Both the position numbers and the translations under genes were made by a program. DNA of 64,000 bases from an uncultured Oscillospiraceae bacterium. Its GTDB lineage: Bacteria; Bacillota; Clostridia; UBA1212; UBA1255. Each line of letters opens with the position of its first letter. Positions within the stretch are counted from its first letter, which is position 1. Shown here piece after piece: positions 49,882 through 59,582 of the stretch. A model generated the notes under the pieces. The model was given only the letters and a program-made list of their open reading frames with translations. It was not told the origin of the DNA and searched no databases. The stretch spans positions 108,404 to 172,403 of the forward strand of contig CABROF010000001.1 in assembly GCA_902472555.1 (NCBI GenBank), in the 5' to 3' direction.

Positions 49882-51072
49882 TCAGCTGGTAAAATTATCA
49901 AAATACCCCTGTATTAAAATTACCGGAGTTCCCTTATCTCCGGATCCGCTGGTCAGATCGCTGAGTGAGCCAATAAGGTCCGTAAGCCGCCGGGGTGTCG
50001 TTCCCTGAGAAGCCATATCGCCTAAAAGGTTGTCCTTTTTTTCCTTGATCCGGACTTCAATTGCTTTTTGCAGCGCCTCTCCGGATAAAGCGGCGAAATC
50101 GTTATCCGCTAAATACTTCAGCTTGATTTCATTCGGGGTTCCTTCTAAGCCGGGCGTATTGGCAACTGAAACACATGGATCCGCCAGCTCCCATATTTTA
50201 CCTACAGGATCTTTGAAGGCACCATCCCCGTAAACCATAACTTCTACATGCCGGCCGGTCTGCTGCAAAATCTGCTTCTGGACATCCAACACCAAATCCA
50301 CACAGTTCTGCGGAAAGAGCTTGATTTTGTCCTCCGTAGATTTATTAGAGCCCAAAAGACCGAAATCTTGATTAAAGCCGCTGCCCTCCACCGGCGCATT
50401 CAGAATCTCATCCAGGCCATATACGCGTTCGGCACCGGCAGTTTTTAAAATGCGCTTTGTTCTGGCACGGGAATGAATGTCACAATGAAGTACATTTTTT
50501 GTATACTCTAATATACGCCGAGCATCATTGGCAAAAACGATTTCACATTCTGCACCGGACTGACGGATCAAATCCCCATAGTATTGTACGTAATCCACAC
50601 CGGTAAAAGGATGTTTATTTTCTCCGAACAATGCTCTGTACTGACTGAGCGTCAGCAGGTCCGTATACGGATTAATGCCTGCTTCATCAAGCTGGTCCAA
50701 TGTCACTAACTCATTTCCGACCTCATCACTCGGGTAGCTGAGCATTAAAATAACTTTTTTCGCACCTTGTGCAATACCGCGGAGACAGATTGCAAAACGA
50801 TTTCTGGAAAGAATCGGAAAAATGACGCCGATGGTTCCGCCGCCTAATTTGGACCTTATGTCAGCAGCAATCGCAGAAACCGAAGCATAATTCCCCTGCG
50901 CACGCGCAACCACGGATTCCGTGATGGAAATGACGTCCTTGTCCCGCAGACCAAAGCCCTCCTGTTCCGCTGCCTCCAATACGCTTCTGACGACAATCTG
51001 CGCTAAAGGATCACCCTCCCGGATGATCGGGCATCGAATTCCTCTTGATACGGTACCAACCTTTCGTTCCAT
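49882..51072 (-). CDS. CofE-like gamma-glutamyl ligase family protein (F420-0:gamma-glutamyl ligase fold) with internal insertions
   Basis: 396 aa. N-terminal PIIREGDPLAQIV..KDVISITESVVARAQG and C-terminal ..GDKGTPVILIQG match conserved CofE/FbiB ligase motifs (KEGDDLAELI, ..VVISKAEGR, GIPVVLVRG). GGGAGG RBS. Assigned from memory of the family, not from a search. Confidence 0.5.
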   Translation of the reverse strand: MERKVGTVSRGIRCPIIREGDPLAQIVVRSVLEAAEQEGFGLRDKDVISITESVVARAQGNYASVSAIAADIRSKLGGGTIGVIFPILSRNRFAICLRGIAQGAKKVILMLSYPSDEVGNELVTLDQLDEAGINPYTDLLTLSQYRALFGENKHPFTGVDYVQYYGDLIRQSGAECEIVFANDARRILEYTKNVLHCDIHSRARTKRILKTAGAERVYGLDEILNAPVEGSGFNQDFGLLGSNKSTEDKIKLFPQNCVDLVLDVQKQILQQTGRHVEVMVYGDGAFKDPVGKIWELADPCVSVANTPGLEGTPNEIKLKYLADNDFAALSGEALQKAIEVRIKEKKDNLLGDMASQGTTPRRLTDLIGSLSDLTSGSGDKGTPVILIQGYFDNFTS

Positions 51073-51245
51073 AGCAACCTCCCATGTCGCCGTCGGCGAC
51101 TGTAATCATAATAAAAAAGCATGCTTTTTATAAATTCAGCGGATCTCAGCGCATTTTCTGTAAATCACAGTGCGAACCCAATCTGACGCTACACCTCGTG
51201 CGCCGTAATACGCCGCAGATTTTCTTGCTGAAACGCGGTGAATCC

Positions 51246-52799
51246 TTACTCCCACTCGATCGTAGCCGGCGGTTTACTGGTAACATCGTACACAATTCGA
51301 TTCACAGACGACACCTCGTTCACAATTCTGGAAGAAATCCGCTGCAGTACATCATACGGCAGCCGCGCCCAATCAGCCGTCATAAAATCAGTCGTAGTGA
51401 CTGCCCGCAGTGCAATCGTATAGTCATATGTACGCGCATCCCCCATTACACCTACGCTCCGCATATTGGTCAGAACCGTAAAATACTGACTCAGCTGATC
51501 CTCGAGTCCTGCGTTTGCGATTTCTTCCCTGAAAATGCCGTCCGCTTCCCTCAAAATATCCAATTTTTCCTTTGTGATATCTCCGATAATCCGGACTGCC
51601 AATCCAGGGCCCGGGAACGGCTGCCGCATAACGATTTCCCGGCTGAGTCCCAGTTCAAATCCGCAGCGCCGAACTTCGTCTTTGAATAAATCACGCAGAG
51701 GCTCTACCACCTCCCGAAATTTGATATATTTCGGAAGGCCCCCTACATTGTGATGCTTTTTGATCACTGCGGAATTTCCGGCGCCGCTTTCTATGACATC
51801 CGGGTAGATTGTCCCCTGAACAAAATAGAAATCTTCCGCGTTTCCGATTCGCTCTGCTTCATCTTGGAAAACTTCTATAAATTCACGCCCGATAATGACG
51901 CGCTTTTCCTCAGGATCGGAGACGCCGTCCAGCTTGTCTAAAAATCGCTGCTGTGCATCTACTACAATTAAATTTGTCTCAAACTGATTACGGAAAACAT
52001 CTTCGATCTGCGCACGTTCTCCTTTTCTCATAAGTCCGTGATCCACAAAAATACAAGTCAGATTTTTGCCCACTGCTTTGCTTACAAACGCAGCTGCTAC
52101 AGCAGAATCTACTCCGCCGGATAAAGCCAGCAGGACCTTTTGTTCACCGAATTTTACCCGCAGTTCCTGTATCGTTTTTTTAACAAAACCGCTCATAGTC
52201 CAATCGCCGCTACATTTGCACACATCATATAAGAATCGTTTCAGCATGGCGGCGCCATTTTCTGTATGTTGGACTTCAGGATGGAACTGAACGCCGATGA
52301 TTTTACCGTCTGCACTTTCCATCGCGGCAATCGGACATCCTTTTGAAGCGGCACGTACAACAAAACCTGCCGGTACGCGCTCCACATAATCCGTGTGGCT
52401 CATCCAGCAGGTATTGGTTGCATCTGCATCTGCAAATATTGTGCAGCCTTTATCCAGCCGCACTGCTGTCATACCGTATTCTTTGTTTGCGGCTCCGCCC
52501 TCGGCTACAGTTCCGCCCAGCAGGTATGAGATCAACTGCATTCCGTAACAAATTCCTAACACCGGACACCCGAGCCGCAGGAGCTCCGGTTCACATTTTA
52601 ATGAATCTGCCGCATATACGTTTGCCGGTCCGCCTGTCAGGATGATTCCTTTGGGTTTTTTCATCCGGATTGCCTCTACGCTTGTGCTGCAGGGAAGCAC
52701 TTCACAATATACATGATTTTCCCTGATACGACGCGCAATCAACTGACTGTACTGCGCCCCGAAATCAAGCACGATCACAGTTTCCACATTTGCCTGCAC
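51246..52799 (-). CDS. guaA: GMP synthase (glutamine-hydrolysing), canonical
   Basis: 517 aa. GATase with the GICYGMQ nucleophile and FHPE; P-loop SGGVDS; C-terminal dimerisation domain. Confidence 0.9.
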   Translation of the reverse strand: MQANVETVIVLDFGAQYSQLIARRIRENHVYCEVLPCSTSVEAIRMKKPKGIILTGGPANVYAADSLKCEPELLRLGCPVLGICYGMQLISYLLGGTVAEGGAANKEYGMTAVRLDKGCTIFADADATNTCWMSHTDYVERVPAGFVVRAASKGCPIAAMESADGKIIGVQFHPEVQHTENGAAMLKRFLYDVCKCSGDWTMSGFVKKTIQELRVKFGEQKVLLALSGGVDSAVAAAFVSKAVGKNLTCIFVDHGLMRKGERAQIEDVFRNQFETNLIVVDAQQRFLDKLDGVSDPEEKRVIIGREFIEVFQDEAERIGNAEDFYFVQGTIYPDVIESGAGNSAVIKKHHNVGGLPKYIKFREVVEPLRDLFKDEVRRCGFELGLSREIVMRQPFPGPGLAVRIIGDITKEKLDILREADGIFREEIANAGLEDQLSQYFTVLTNMRSVGVMGDARTYDYTIALRAVTTTDFMTADWARLPYDVLQRISSRIVNEVSSVNRIVYDVTSKPPATIEWE

Positions 52800-53079
52800 A
52801 AATCACCACTCCTGACTGATAATCTGGCCCGCGGCGCACATACATTCTATACGGCACGGATTGCTGCATGTCTTTCATTTTGCCGGCTCGGTTCAATCCC
52901 CCGCCTCGGAATCACACGATAAAAGCTGTGCGATTCATTTACACTATATCATCAACCGCGCCATAGGTAAAATTGATATTCATTATGATATTCATTTATT
53001 TTACTTATATACAAGCAACGTGCAAGCAGGGTCGGGACCTGTTTATTTCCGCAGCGCCCCTCATGCTGCGATCTATCCT

Positions 53080-54339
53080 TTATCCGATAAAACGGGGTAA
53101 TACTGATCCCCCGTACGGAATTACCCACACCTTCGCATTCGGTCCATGCTTTGCTAAAGAATCACGGAACGCTTGCTGGGCATTGCTGTACGGTTTGAGA
53201 AAAATATTTTGTACTAAATCCGGCTCTAACTCTGAAACGAGTAAAATGTCCGCATTTTCCAAAACCATACCGATTGCAGCGGCTTTATGACCTCCAAGCT
53301 GGAAGTCCCGACCGATCCGTTCAACCATTTCCTGCGGACAGGCTGCTTCTGTCATCCATTCTTCAAATACTTTTTCACCTAAACCCTCTTTGCAGGAACC
53401 GATCAAAATAATGGTCCCACCCTTTTTAACAGCATATTTTGCATTGTCTAATGCCTTTTGTGTCTGATATAAATTAATGTCCTTCGGCGCGCCTCCTTGG
53501 GAAACAATCACAATATCAGCCTGCTGTGAAATCTCCTTCATATACAGCTGATCCAAAAACTTAGCTCCCACCCTGTGTGCCTCTATAGGATCACCCGCAA
53601 CCGCTTGAACAATTTTTTTATGTTCATCTAAAACCACATTAAGGATAAAATCAATTCCGCATATTTTTCCGGCCTCTTCTATGTCTGCCCGAACAGGGTT
53701 GGAGCCTATTTCGCCTGCACATGCAAGAGGATTAACCATATGTCTGTGGTTGCACTGTATTGCTTCCCTGGTCGAGACTCCAGGCATAATTGCTTTGGCC
53801 CCGCCGCTGTATCCGGCAAAATAGTGATATTCAATATTCCCTAAACAGATCCGGCGGTCTGCACTGGCCACAGTGCGTGTAATGTCCACCGGAGTGCCCC
53901 GTGATGTGACACCCATTCGAATGCAATCTTCCGGGTCGCTGTCCACTGCCCTGATTTGTTTCAGGATGTCTGGTCCGGCTAATTTTTCCATTTCACTCCG
54001 GGTCTGTTTTCGATGACTGCCAAGACCAAACACCAAAGTAACATCAGCAAGGTTGACAGCAGCAGCCTTTAGTTCCTCTAAAATTGCCGGCATTACAAGC
54101 GCAGTCGGCATAGGTCTTGTAATATCGCTTGTTATAATTGCAATTTTTTCTCCAGGCCGTACAATCTCCCTGAGCCGGGCCGTGCCGATAGGACTTTTTA
54201 ATGCATTGCGCACGACATCCGCGTCCTTCGGGATTGATATCGGGTTTGGTAAAATAGCTCCTAATAGATTATTCTGTGGTATATAGACCTCCTGTGTTCC
54301 ATTACCGAATCCAAATTCAAATTTTAACTGATCCTCCAT
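53080..54339 (-). CDS. larA: LarA-family nickel-pincer-cofactor-dependent racemase/epimerase (lactate racemase-like)
   Basis: 419 aa. DUF2088-like N-terminal domain plus LarA C-terminal domain (..GLGSHRKQT.., ..SQGGAPKDINLYQTQKAL..). AGGAGG RBS. Confidence 0.75.
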   Translation of the reverse strand: MEDQLKFEFGFGNGTQEVYIPQNNLLGAILPNPISIPKDADVVRNALKSPIGTARLREIVRPGEKIAIITSDITRPMPTALVMPAILEELKAAAVNLADVTLVFGLGSHRKQTRSEMEKLAGPDILKQIRAVDSDPEDCIRMGVTSRGTPVDITRTVASADRRICLGNIEYHYFAGYSGGAKAIMPGVSTREAIQCNHRHMVNPLACAGEIGSNPVRADIEEAGKICGIDFILNVVLDEHKKIVQAVAGDPIEAHRVGAKFLDQLYMKEISQQADIVIVSQGGAPKDINLYQTQKALDNAKYAVKKGGTIILIGSCKEGLGEKVFEEWMTEAACPQEMVERIGRDFQLGGHKAAAIGMVLENADILLVSELEPDLVQNIFLKPYSNAQQAFRDSLAKHGPNAKVWVIPYGGSVLPRFIG

Positions 54340-54426
54340 TTTACAAGATAACCTCCTGTTAATAATATAAGTCCCTACCCTTTATAGAAGCCAAATAGAA
54401 GCCCGCGGAAAATGTGTATTAAAATT

Positions 54427-54681
54427 TTAGTCTTGTTTATCGAGCGCTATTTTTAAGGCTTTTGCTAATTGGTCAGGACAAGATGTCGTTTTATATCCAC
54501 AATGAATACCACTGCATTTTTGTATGACTTCATCTGCACGCATGCCCTCCACAAGCCGGGCGATCCCTTGCAGATTGCCGTTACATCCACCGGTATATTT
54601 TACATTTTTTACAATACCATCTTCAACATCCAAATCAATCTTTGAAGAACAGGTACCTGAAGTTATATACGAATAGTGCAT
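54427..54681 (-). CDS. TSCPD-domain protein (TIGR03905-like)
   Basis: Contains the signature TSCPD motif (..YKTTSCPDQLAKAL..) and conserved cysteines. Start moved to the ATG with a GGAGG RBS. Confidence 0.6.
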   Translation of the reverse strand: MHYSYITSGTCSSKIDLDVEDGIVKNVKYTGGCNGNLQGIARLVEGMRADEVIQKCSGIHCGYKTTSCPDQLAKALKIALDKQD

Positions 54682-54737
54682 TTTAAACATCCTCCGACTT
54701 AATATTAGCCTGTTTTTCAGGCCCTACCCTAAAAATA

Positions 54738-55229
54738 TTAATAGTCCTTTACAAAAAGAGCTCTTATGTAGCCGCGTTCTTCCGAGGTGGATTGAATATA
54801 GAAACCGCAGCCATAGTAAAATCGAACTAGATCCTTGTATTTTGAGGCTGTATGCAATCTGGCCTGTTTGACAGATTTTGAATACAGCAATTTGTCAATT
54901 AAATTCATAAAAGATTTTCCGATTCCGATGTTTTGATAGCCGGAGCGAACACCGAAGCGGCTCACGTATGCGATTCTGCTGTTTTCATCAATATCAACGC
55001 GGATGCTGCCTACCGGGATACCGTCGACAAAGGCAATATAAACATATTTTGATTCAATATCTTTTAAAATAGCAGCATCGGTTTCTTCTAATGCCTCCAA
55101 TTTTACAGCATCCTCATGTAAACCGGTATCTGTCATATATTTTCTGAACGCATCAAGCATAACTGTTTTGATTGCTACTACATCATTCCAATCTGCCATT
55201 GCGCGCCGAATCACAAAGGAATACTCCAT
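54738..55229 (-). CDS. GNAT-family N-acetyltransferase
   Basis: 163 aa; acetyl-CoA-binding motif context (..RSGYQNIGIGKSFMNLI..). Confidence 0.7.
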   Translation of the reverse strand: MEYSFVIRRAMADWNDVVAIKTVMLDAFRKYMTDTGLHEDAVKLEALEETDAAILKDIESKYVYIAFVDGIPVGSIRVDIDENSRIAYVSRFGVRSGYQNIGIGKSFMNLIDKLLYSKSVKQARLHTASKYKDLVRFYYGCGFYIQSTSEERGYIRALFVKDY

Positions 55230-55243
55230 GCTATCGTCCTCCG

Positions 55244-56161
55244 TTATCCCATTAGTTTTACCATAACCGCTTTTTGTGCATGCAGACGATTTTCTGCTTC
55301 GTCAAATACCACAGACTGCGGGCCGTCTATCACTTCCGAAGCAACCTCCAACCCTCTGTATGCCGGAAGACAATGCAAAAATATTGCGTTTTTTGCCGCC
55401 TTGCCGAAAAGCTCTGTATTAATCTGATAATCAGCAAAAATTTTACTTCTTTTTTCTTTTTCCGCTTCCTGTCCCATGCTCGCCCATGTATCTGTGTATA
55501 CTACATCAGCATCCCGGATAGCAAGGGTGGGGTCTTGCGTCATTAGCACAGTTACATTGGTCTCTTTGGCTGTCTTCTGTGCCTCTTCAACAAAACGCGG
55601 ATTGCACGTATAATGTTCCGGAGAGGCAATTGCTATATGCATGCCAACCTTTGTACAGCCATGCAGCAAAGAATGTGCCATATTATTTCCATCGCCTATA
55701 TAAGCCAATTTCAGACCTTTCAGCTTCTTTTTATGCTCATATATCGTTTGCAGATCCGCAAGCACCTGACAAGGATGTTGATCGTCTGTTAATCCGTTTA
55801 TCACCGGGATCGTTCCCTGTTCCGCAAACTCTTCGACGTCACTTTGCTTAAAGGTGCGAATCATAACCCCATCCAAGTATCTTGACAGCACCTTCGCCGT
55901 ATCTGATACGGATTCCCCCCGTCCAATCTGAATATCATGATTGCTTAAAAACAGCGCTTGGCCGCCGAGCTGATACATGCCAACCTCAAAGGAGACACGC
56001 GTACGTGTGGAGGATTTTGAAAAAATCATACCTAAGCTCCGACCCTTTAGATATTGCGTGGTATTTTTATTCTTAAGATCCTTTTTGAGTTTTATTGCTA
56101 ACTCAATCAATTCAAAAATTTCATCAGAAGACAAATCATATAAACTTAACAAATGCTGCAT
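55244..56161 (-). CDS. argF: Ornithine carbamoyltransferase
   Basis: STRTR carbamoyl-phosphate-binding motif, HPCQ, HCLPA. Start placed at MQHLLSL with an AGAGGTG RBS. Confidence 0.9.
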   Translation of the reverse strand: MQHLLSLYDLSSDEIFELIELAIKLKKDLKNKNTTQYLKGRSLGMIFSKSSTRTRVSFEVGMYQLGGQALFLSNHDIQIGRGESVSDTAKVLSRYLDGVMIRTFKQSDVEEFAEQGTIPVINGLTDDQHPCQVLADLQTIYEHKKKLKGLKLAYIGDGNNMAHSLLHGCTKVGMHIAIASPEHYTCNPRFVEEAQKTAKETNVTVLMTQDPTLAIRDADVVYTDTWASMGQEAEKEKRSKIFADYQINTELFGKAAKNAIFLHCLPAYRGLEVASEVIDGPQSVVFDEAENRLHAQKAVMVKLMG

Positions 56162-56223
56162 ATCTGCACCTCTTTCTTTCCTCATCAATAATTTTTATTG
56201 CGAATCTAACCATCCGAACAATA

Positions 56224-57459
56224 TTAGATTGTAATTTTACAAAGCACATTTATAAAAGCGTCCACATCCTTTTCTGTAATAATGAGTGGAGGCAATATTC
56301 TTAAAGTATTCGCGCCGACACTTCCCACCAGCCAACCTTCATTAAATAAGGCATCTTTGATACGGCCGACAATTGGCTTTTCAAATTGAATCGCAACCAT
56401 TAAGCCTGCATTTCTGATTTCAGCAATCCTGGACCTGCAGTCTTTATATGCAGGGTCGGAACTTCTTTCTGCAGGAATTTCTCCATTCCTGACTTTTTCT
56501 AATTGTAAGCGAAAATAGGTTCCTACCTTCTGCGCATTTTCAGGCAGCTGCTCGTTTATAATTGTGCGAACAGAGGCTAAACCAGCGGCACAGGCAAGTG
56601 GATTTCCGCCGAAAGTACTTCCGTGGTCCCCTGGTTCAAAGCAGTCTGAAACAGGCATTTTTGCGCATACACAGGCAATCGGAAAGCCGCCCCCCAAAGC
56701 TTTTGCCAAGGTAAAAATGTCCGGCTCTACACCCAAATATTGATAGCCGAAAAGATGTCCGGTTCTGCCAAACCCGGTCTGAACCTCGTCAAAGATCAAT
56801 AAAAGGCCCAGTTCGTCGCATAGCTTTCGAACTTTTGCTGCGTATTCACGTGTTAATGGATATACACCGCTTTCTCCCTGTACCGGTTCAAGCATGACAG
56901 CACAGGTATTTTCATTAATAGCCTCTTTTAAAGCTTCATAATCATTAATCGGAACATGACGGAACCCTGGGGTTAAAGGCGTATAAAGCTTTTTATATTT
57001 TTCCTGTCCGGTAGCGGTTGCAGTTGTTAACGTACGTCCGTGAAATGAATTTTCAAGACAAATAATTTCGTTTTTTTCAGCTTGATTTTGTTTATGAAAA
57101 AATGCGCGCGCCAGTTTTAATGCCGCCTCATTTGCCTCAGCTCCGCTATTGCAGAAAAATACTTTGTCTGCACATGAGAATTGACACAGTAGCTGTGCCA
57201 ATTCGGTCTGTTTTTCGATATAATACAGATTCGAACAATGTATCAGCTTGCCGGCCTGTTCTGTAATCGCATTTACTACAGATGGATGGCAGTGTCCCAG
57301 TGCACAAACTGCAATTCCGGCAAAAAAGTCAACATACTTTTTCCCATCTATACTGTACAGATAAATTCCCGCCCCATGATCAAAACAGACCGGATTTCTT
57401 TTTCCAAATGTGTTCATATAATAATGCGCATCCAGATCTATAATTGTATCCAAATTCAT
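56224..57459 (-). CDS. argD: Acetylornithine aminotransferase
   Basis: 411 aa class-III PLP aminotransferase; DEVQTGFGRTG with the PLP lysine region. Confidence 0.9.
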   Translation of the reverse strand: MNLDTIIDLDAHYYMNTFGKRNPVCFDHGAGIYLYSIDGKKYVDFFAGIAVCALGHCHPSVVNAITEQAGKLIHCSNLYYIEKQTELAQLLCQFSCADKVFFCNSGAEANEAALKLARAFFHKQNQAEKNEIICLENSFHGRTLTTATATGQEKYKKLYTPLTPGFRHVPINDYEALKEAINENTCAVMLEPVQGESGVYPLTREYAAKVRKLCDELGLLLIFDEVQTGFGRTGHLFGYQYLGVEPDIFTLAKALGGGFPIACVCAKMPVSDCFEPGDHGSTFGGNPLACAAGLASVRTIINEQLPENAQKVGTYFRLQLEKVRNGEIPAERSSDPAYKDCRSRIAEIRNAGLMVAIQFEKPIVGRIKDALFNEGWLVGSVGANTLRILPPLIITEKDVDAFINVLCKITI

Positions 57460-57487
57460 AGTTAATCAGCCTCCTACCCTTCTATCT

Positions 57488-58426
57488 TTAAATATCTTCG
57501 TTTTCAAAATATTTTACTTTTTCTTTCATGATCATTGTTCCGATACCTTTATTGGTAAATATCTCGAGCAGCAGACAATGTGGAATCCGGCCATCAATAA
57601 TGTGCGTCCGGCCAACACCCTTTTGCAATGCGTCAACACAGCCCAGCACTTTTGGAATCATACCTCCAGTTATAATTCCAGCAGCGATTAAAGCGTACAC
57701 TTCATCAATCGTTAAAATATACAGTAATTCTCCGGTCTGGGTATTCCGGACACCTTCAATGTCTGTGAGAAGCATTAATTTTTCAGCTTTCAGCGCTGCG
57801 GCGATTTCACCGGCCACGGTGTCGGCATTTATGTTATAGCTTTCTCCATTCGGGCCTATACCGATTGGCGCAATAACAGGTATGTAGGCATCATTTGACA
57901 CTAACTCCACCAGATGGGTATTAACGGTAGTAATTTCTCCCACATAACCAATATCAACTGCTTTTCCATCTACATTTTCGTAATGGCGTTCGCATTCTAT
58001 AATTTTACCATCAATTCCGCAAAAACCAACAGCCATCCCACCCTTGTCGTTTATATGAGATACGATCTCCTTATTCGTTTTTCCCACAAGAACCATCTGG
58101 GCAATCTCCATCGTAAATTTGTCTGTAACACGCAACCCGTTAATCCATTCACTTTTTATATTATATTGCGATAATGCTTTACTGATATCAGGGCCTCCTC
58201 CGTGTACCACCACCGGATTCATCCCAATATATTTTAATAATACGATATCCTGTATAACAGAATTTTTTAACTCCTCATTAATCATCGCATTTCCGCCATA
58301 TTTAATAACAACGGTTTTTCCATTCAGTCTTTGTATATAGGGCAGCGCCTCAACCAAAATCTCCGCCTTTTTGATAATATCGCCGATGGTCTGGCCCGCA
58401 GCCACAATTTGATTTAAATCAGTCAT
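57488..58426 (-). CDS. argB: Acetylglutamate kinase
   Basis: ..[13 protein letters not shown]..; amino-acid kinase fold. Start taken at MTDLNQ (the track ORF extends to 58519). Confidence 0.85.
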   Translation of the reverse strand: MTDLNQIVAAGQTIGDIIKKAEILVEALPYIQRLNGKTVVIKYGGNAMINEELKNSVIQDIVLLKYIGMNPVVVHGGGPDISKALSQYNIKSEWINGLRVTDKFTMEIAQMVLVGKTNKEIVSHINDKGGMAVGFCGIDGKIIECERHYENVDGKAVDIGYVGEITTVNTHLVELVSNDAYIPVIAPIGIGPNGESYNINADTVAGEIAAALKAEKLMLLTDIEGVRNTQTGELLYILTIDEVYALIAAGIITGGMIPKVLGCVDALQKGVGRTHIIDGRIPHCLLLEIFTNKGIGTMIMKEKVKYFENEDI

Positions 58427-58628
58427 ATCTGCCAAAAGTCCTTTCCAAAATTCTAAATAGCTATACCCACTGGATCCAGCGCGTCTCATTATACACTTTA
58501 ATGCATAATTATGCAACAAAAAAACTCTAAAGGATAAAAAATTTGAAATAAATAGAGTTATGAACTAAAAATAAAGTTCAGCAGTCAAAAAATATTCATT
58601 TTCAAATATTAAAATATACCTTCAAAGC

Positions 58629-59582
58629 TCACATATCAGCCTTGACTTCATATTGTCTCGGAAGCTGAAACATAATCCGCATATTTTCAATTGCTTGTGT
58701 TGCCGCACCTTTACCCAAATTATCAAGGCAGGAGTTTATATATGCATAGCCTTCTTCCACCCGAATTTTAACTGCAATTTTATTTGTATCATTAACATAA
58801 GCCGTACCGTATTGTTCCTGACCGTCCCGGACAATATAAACTAAATCATCCGGAACATATATTTCCTGAAACGCAAGCTCCAGCCTTTCCTGTGCAGACT
58901 CTGGTGAAAGTGCAGCCAGTTCCTTTTTCAGCCTAATACGAATATTTGTGTTAATCCCTTTAAATACCGAACGAAGGACAATCGGAGTAAAATTCACACG
59001 CAGTCCGGTATAACGTTCCATCTCCGGTACATGCTTATGTTTCCTGCCATATGAATAGGCAATATCATTTTCAACCCGCTCTGCACTTTTCCTTGCCCCT
59101 GAGTTCCCTGAGGTTGATACAATCGTTGCCTCCCCTTCCACAAGGTTTTTCACAGCATATAACGGAATAATTACAGATGTCGCATAGCAGCCGGGGTTTG
59201 CAATTAATTGGGCATTTGCGATTTCCTTTTTATATAAAGCAGGCATACCATACACTGCCTCTTCAAGACGCTGAGGACATAAATGTTTAAGACGATACCA
59301 TTTCTCAAAATCACATTGATTCAACCGAAACGCACCGCTCATATCAATGACGCGCACGCCCTCCAGGAGTAAGCGATCCGCCATCACCATAGAGATATCG
59401 TCCTTTGTAGCCAGAAAGACAAGATCACAATCTGAGCTCCTACCTTGTGATTCAGTTGAATTTTGAAGATAGCATATATCGATTTCAGCATCTTGAATTT
59501 TATGCAAATTTCTATGTATTTCTTGCCCCACCATTCCTGTGTATCCTACAATACCCACTTTAATAGAAGTTTTATTTTGCAT
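58629..59582 (-). CDS. argC: N-acetyl-gamma-glutamyl-phosphate reductase (short ArgC/LysY-type)
   Basis: 317 aa. N-terminal Rossmann fold VGIVGYTGMVGQE and the catalytic Cys in ANPGCYAT. Confidence 0.8.
   Translation of the reverse strand: MQNKTSIKVGIVGYTGMVGQEIHRNLHKIQDAEIDICYLQNSTESQGRSSDCDLVFLATKDDISMVMADRLLLEGVRVIDMSGAFRLNQCDFEKWYRLKHLCPQRLEEAVYGMPALYKKEIANAQLIANPGCYATSVIIPLYAVKNLVEGEATIVSTSGNSGARKSAERVENDIAYSYGRKHKHVPEMERYTGLRVNFTPIVLRSVFKGINTNIRIRLKKELAALSPESAQERLELAFQEIYVPDDLVYIVRDGQEQYGTAYVNDTNKIAVKIRVEEGYAYINSCLDNLGKGAATQAIENMRIMFQLPRQYEVKADM

Noticed and set aside
51073-51245. Xanthine (NMT1) or ZTP riboswitch in the guaA-cofE spacer
   Set aside because: Only a short ACGAGGUG resemblance. 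The ZTP 3' pseudoknot motif CCGCCUGGGCA is absent.
52800-53079. Guanine riboswitch upstream of guaA
   Set aside because: The conserved core elements (AUAUGG, GUUUCUACC, CCGUAAAU, GACUA) could not be found on the coding strand by eye. Left as a check, not a call.
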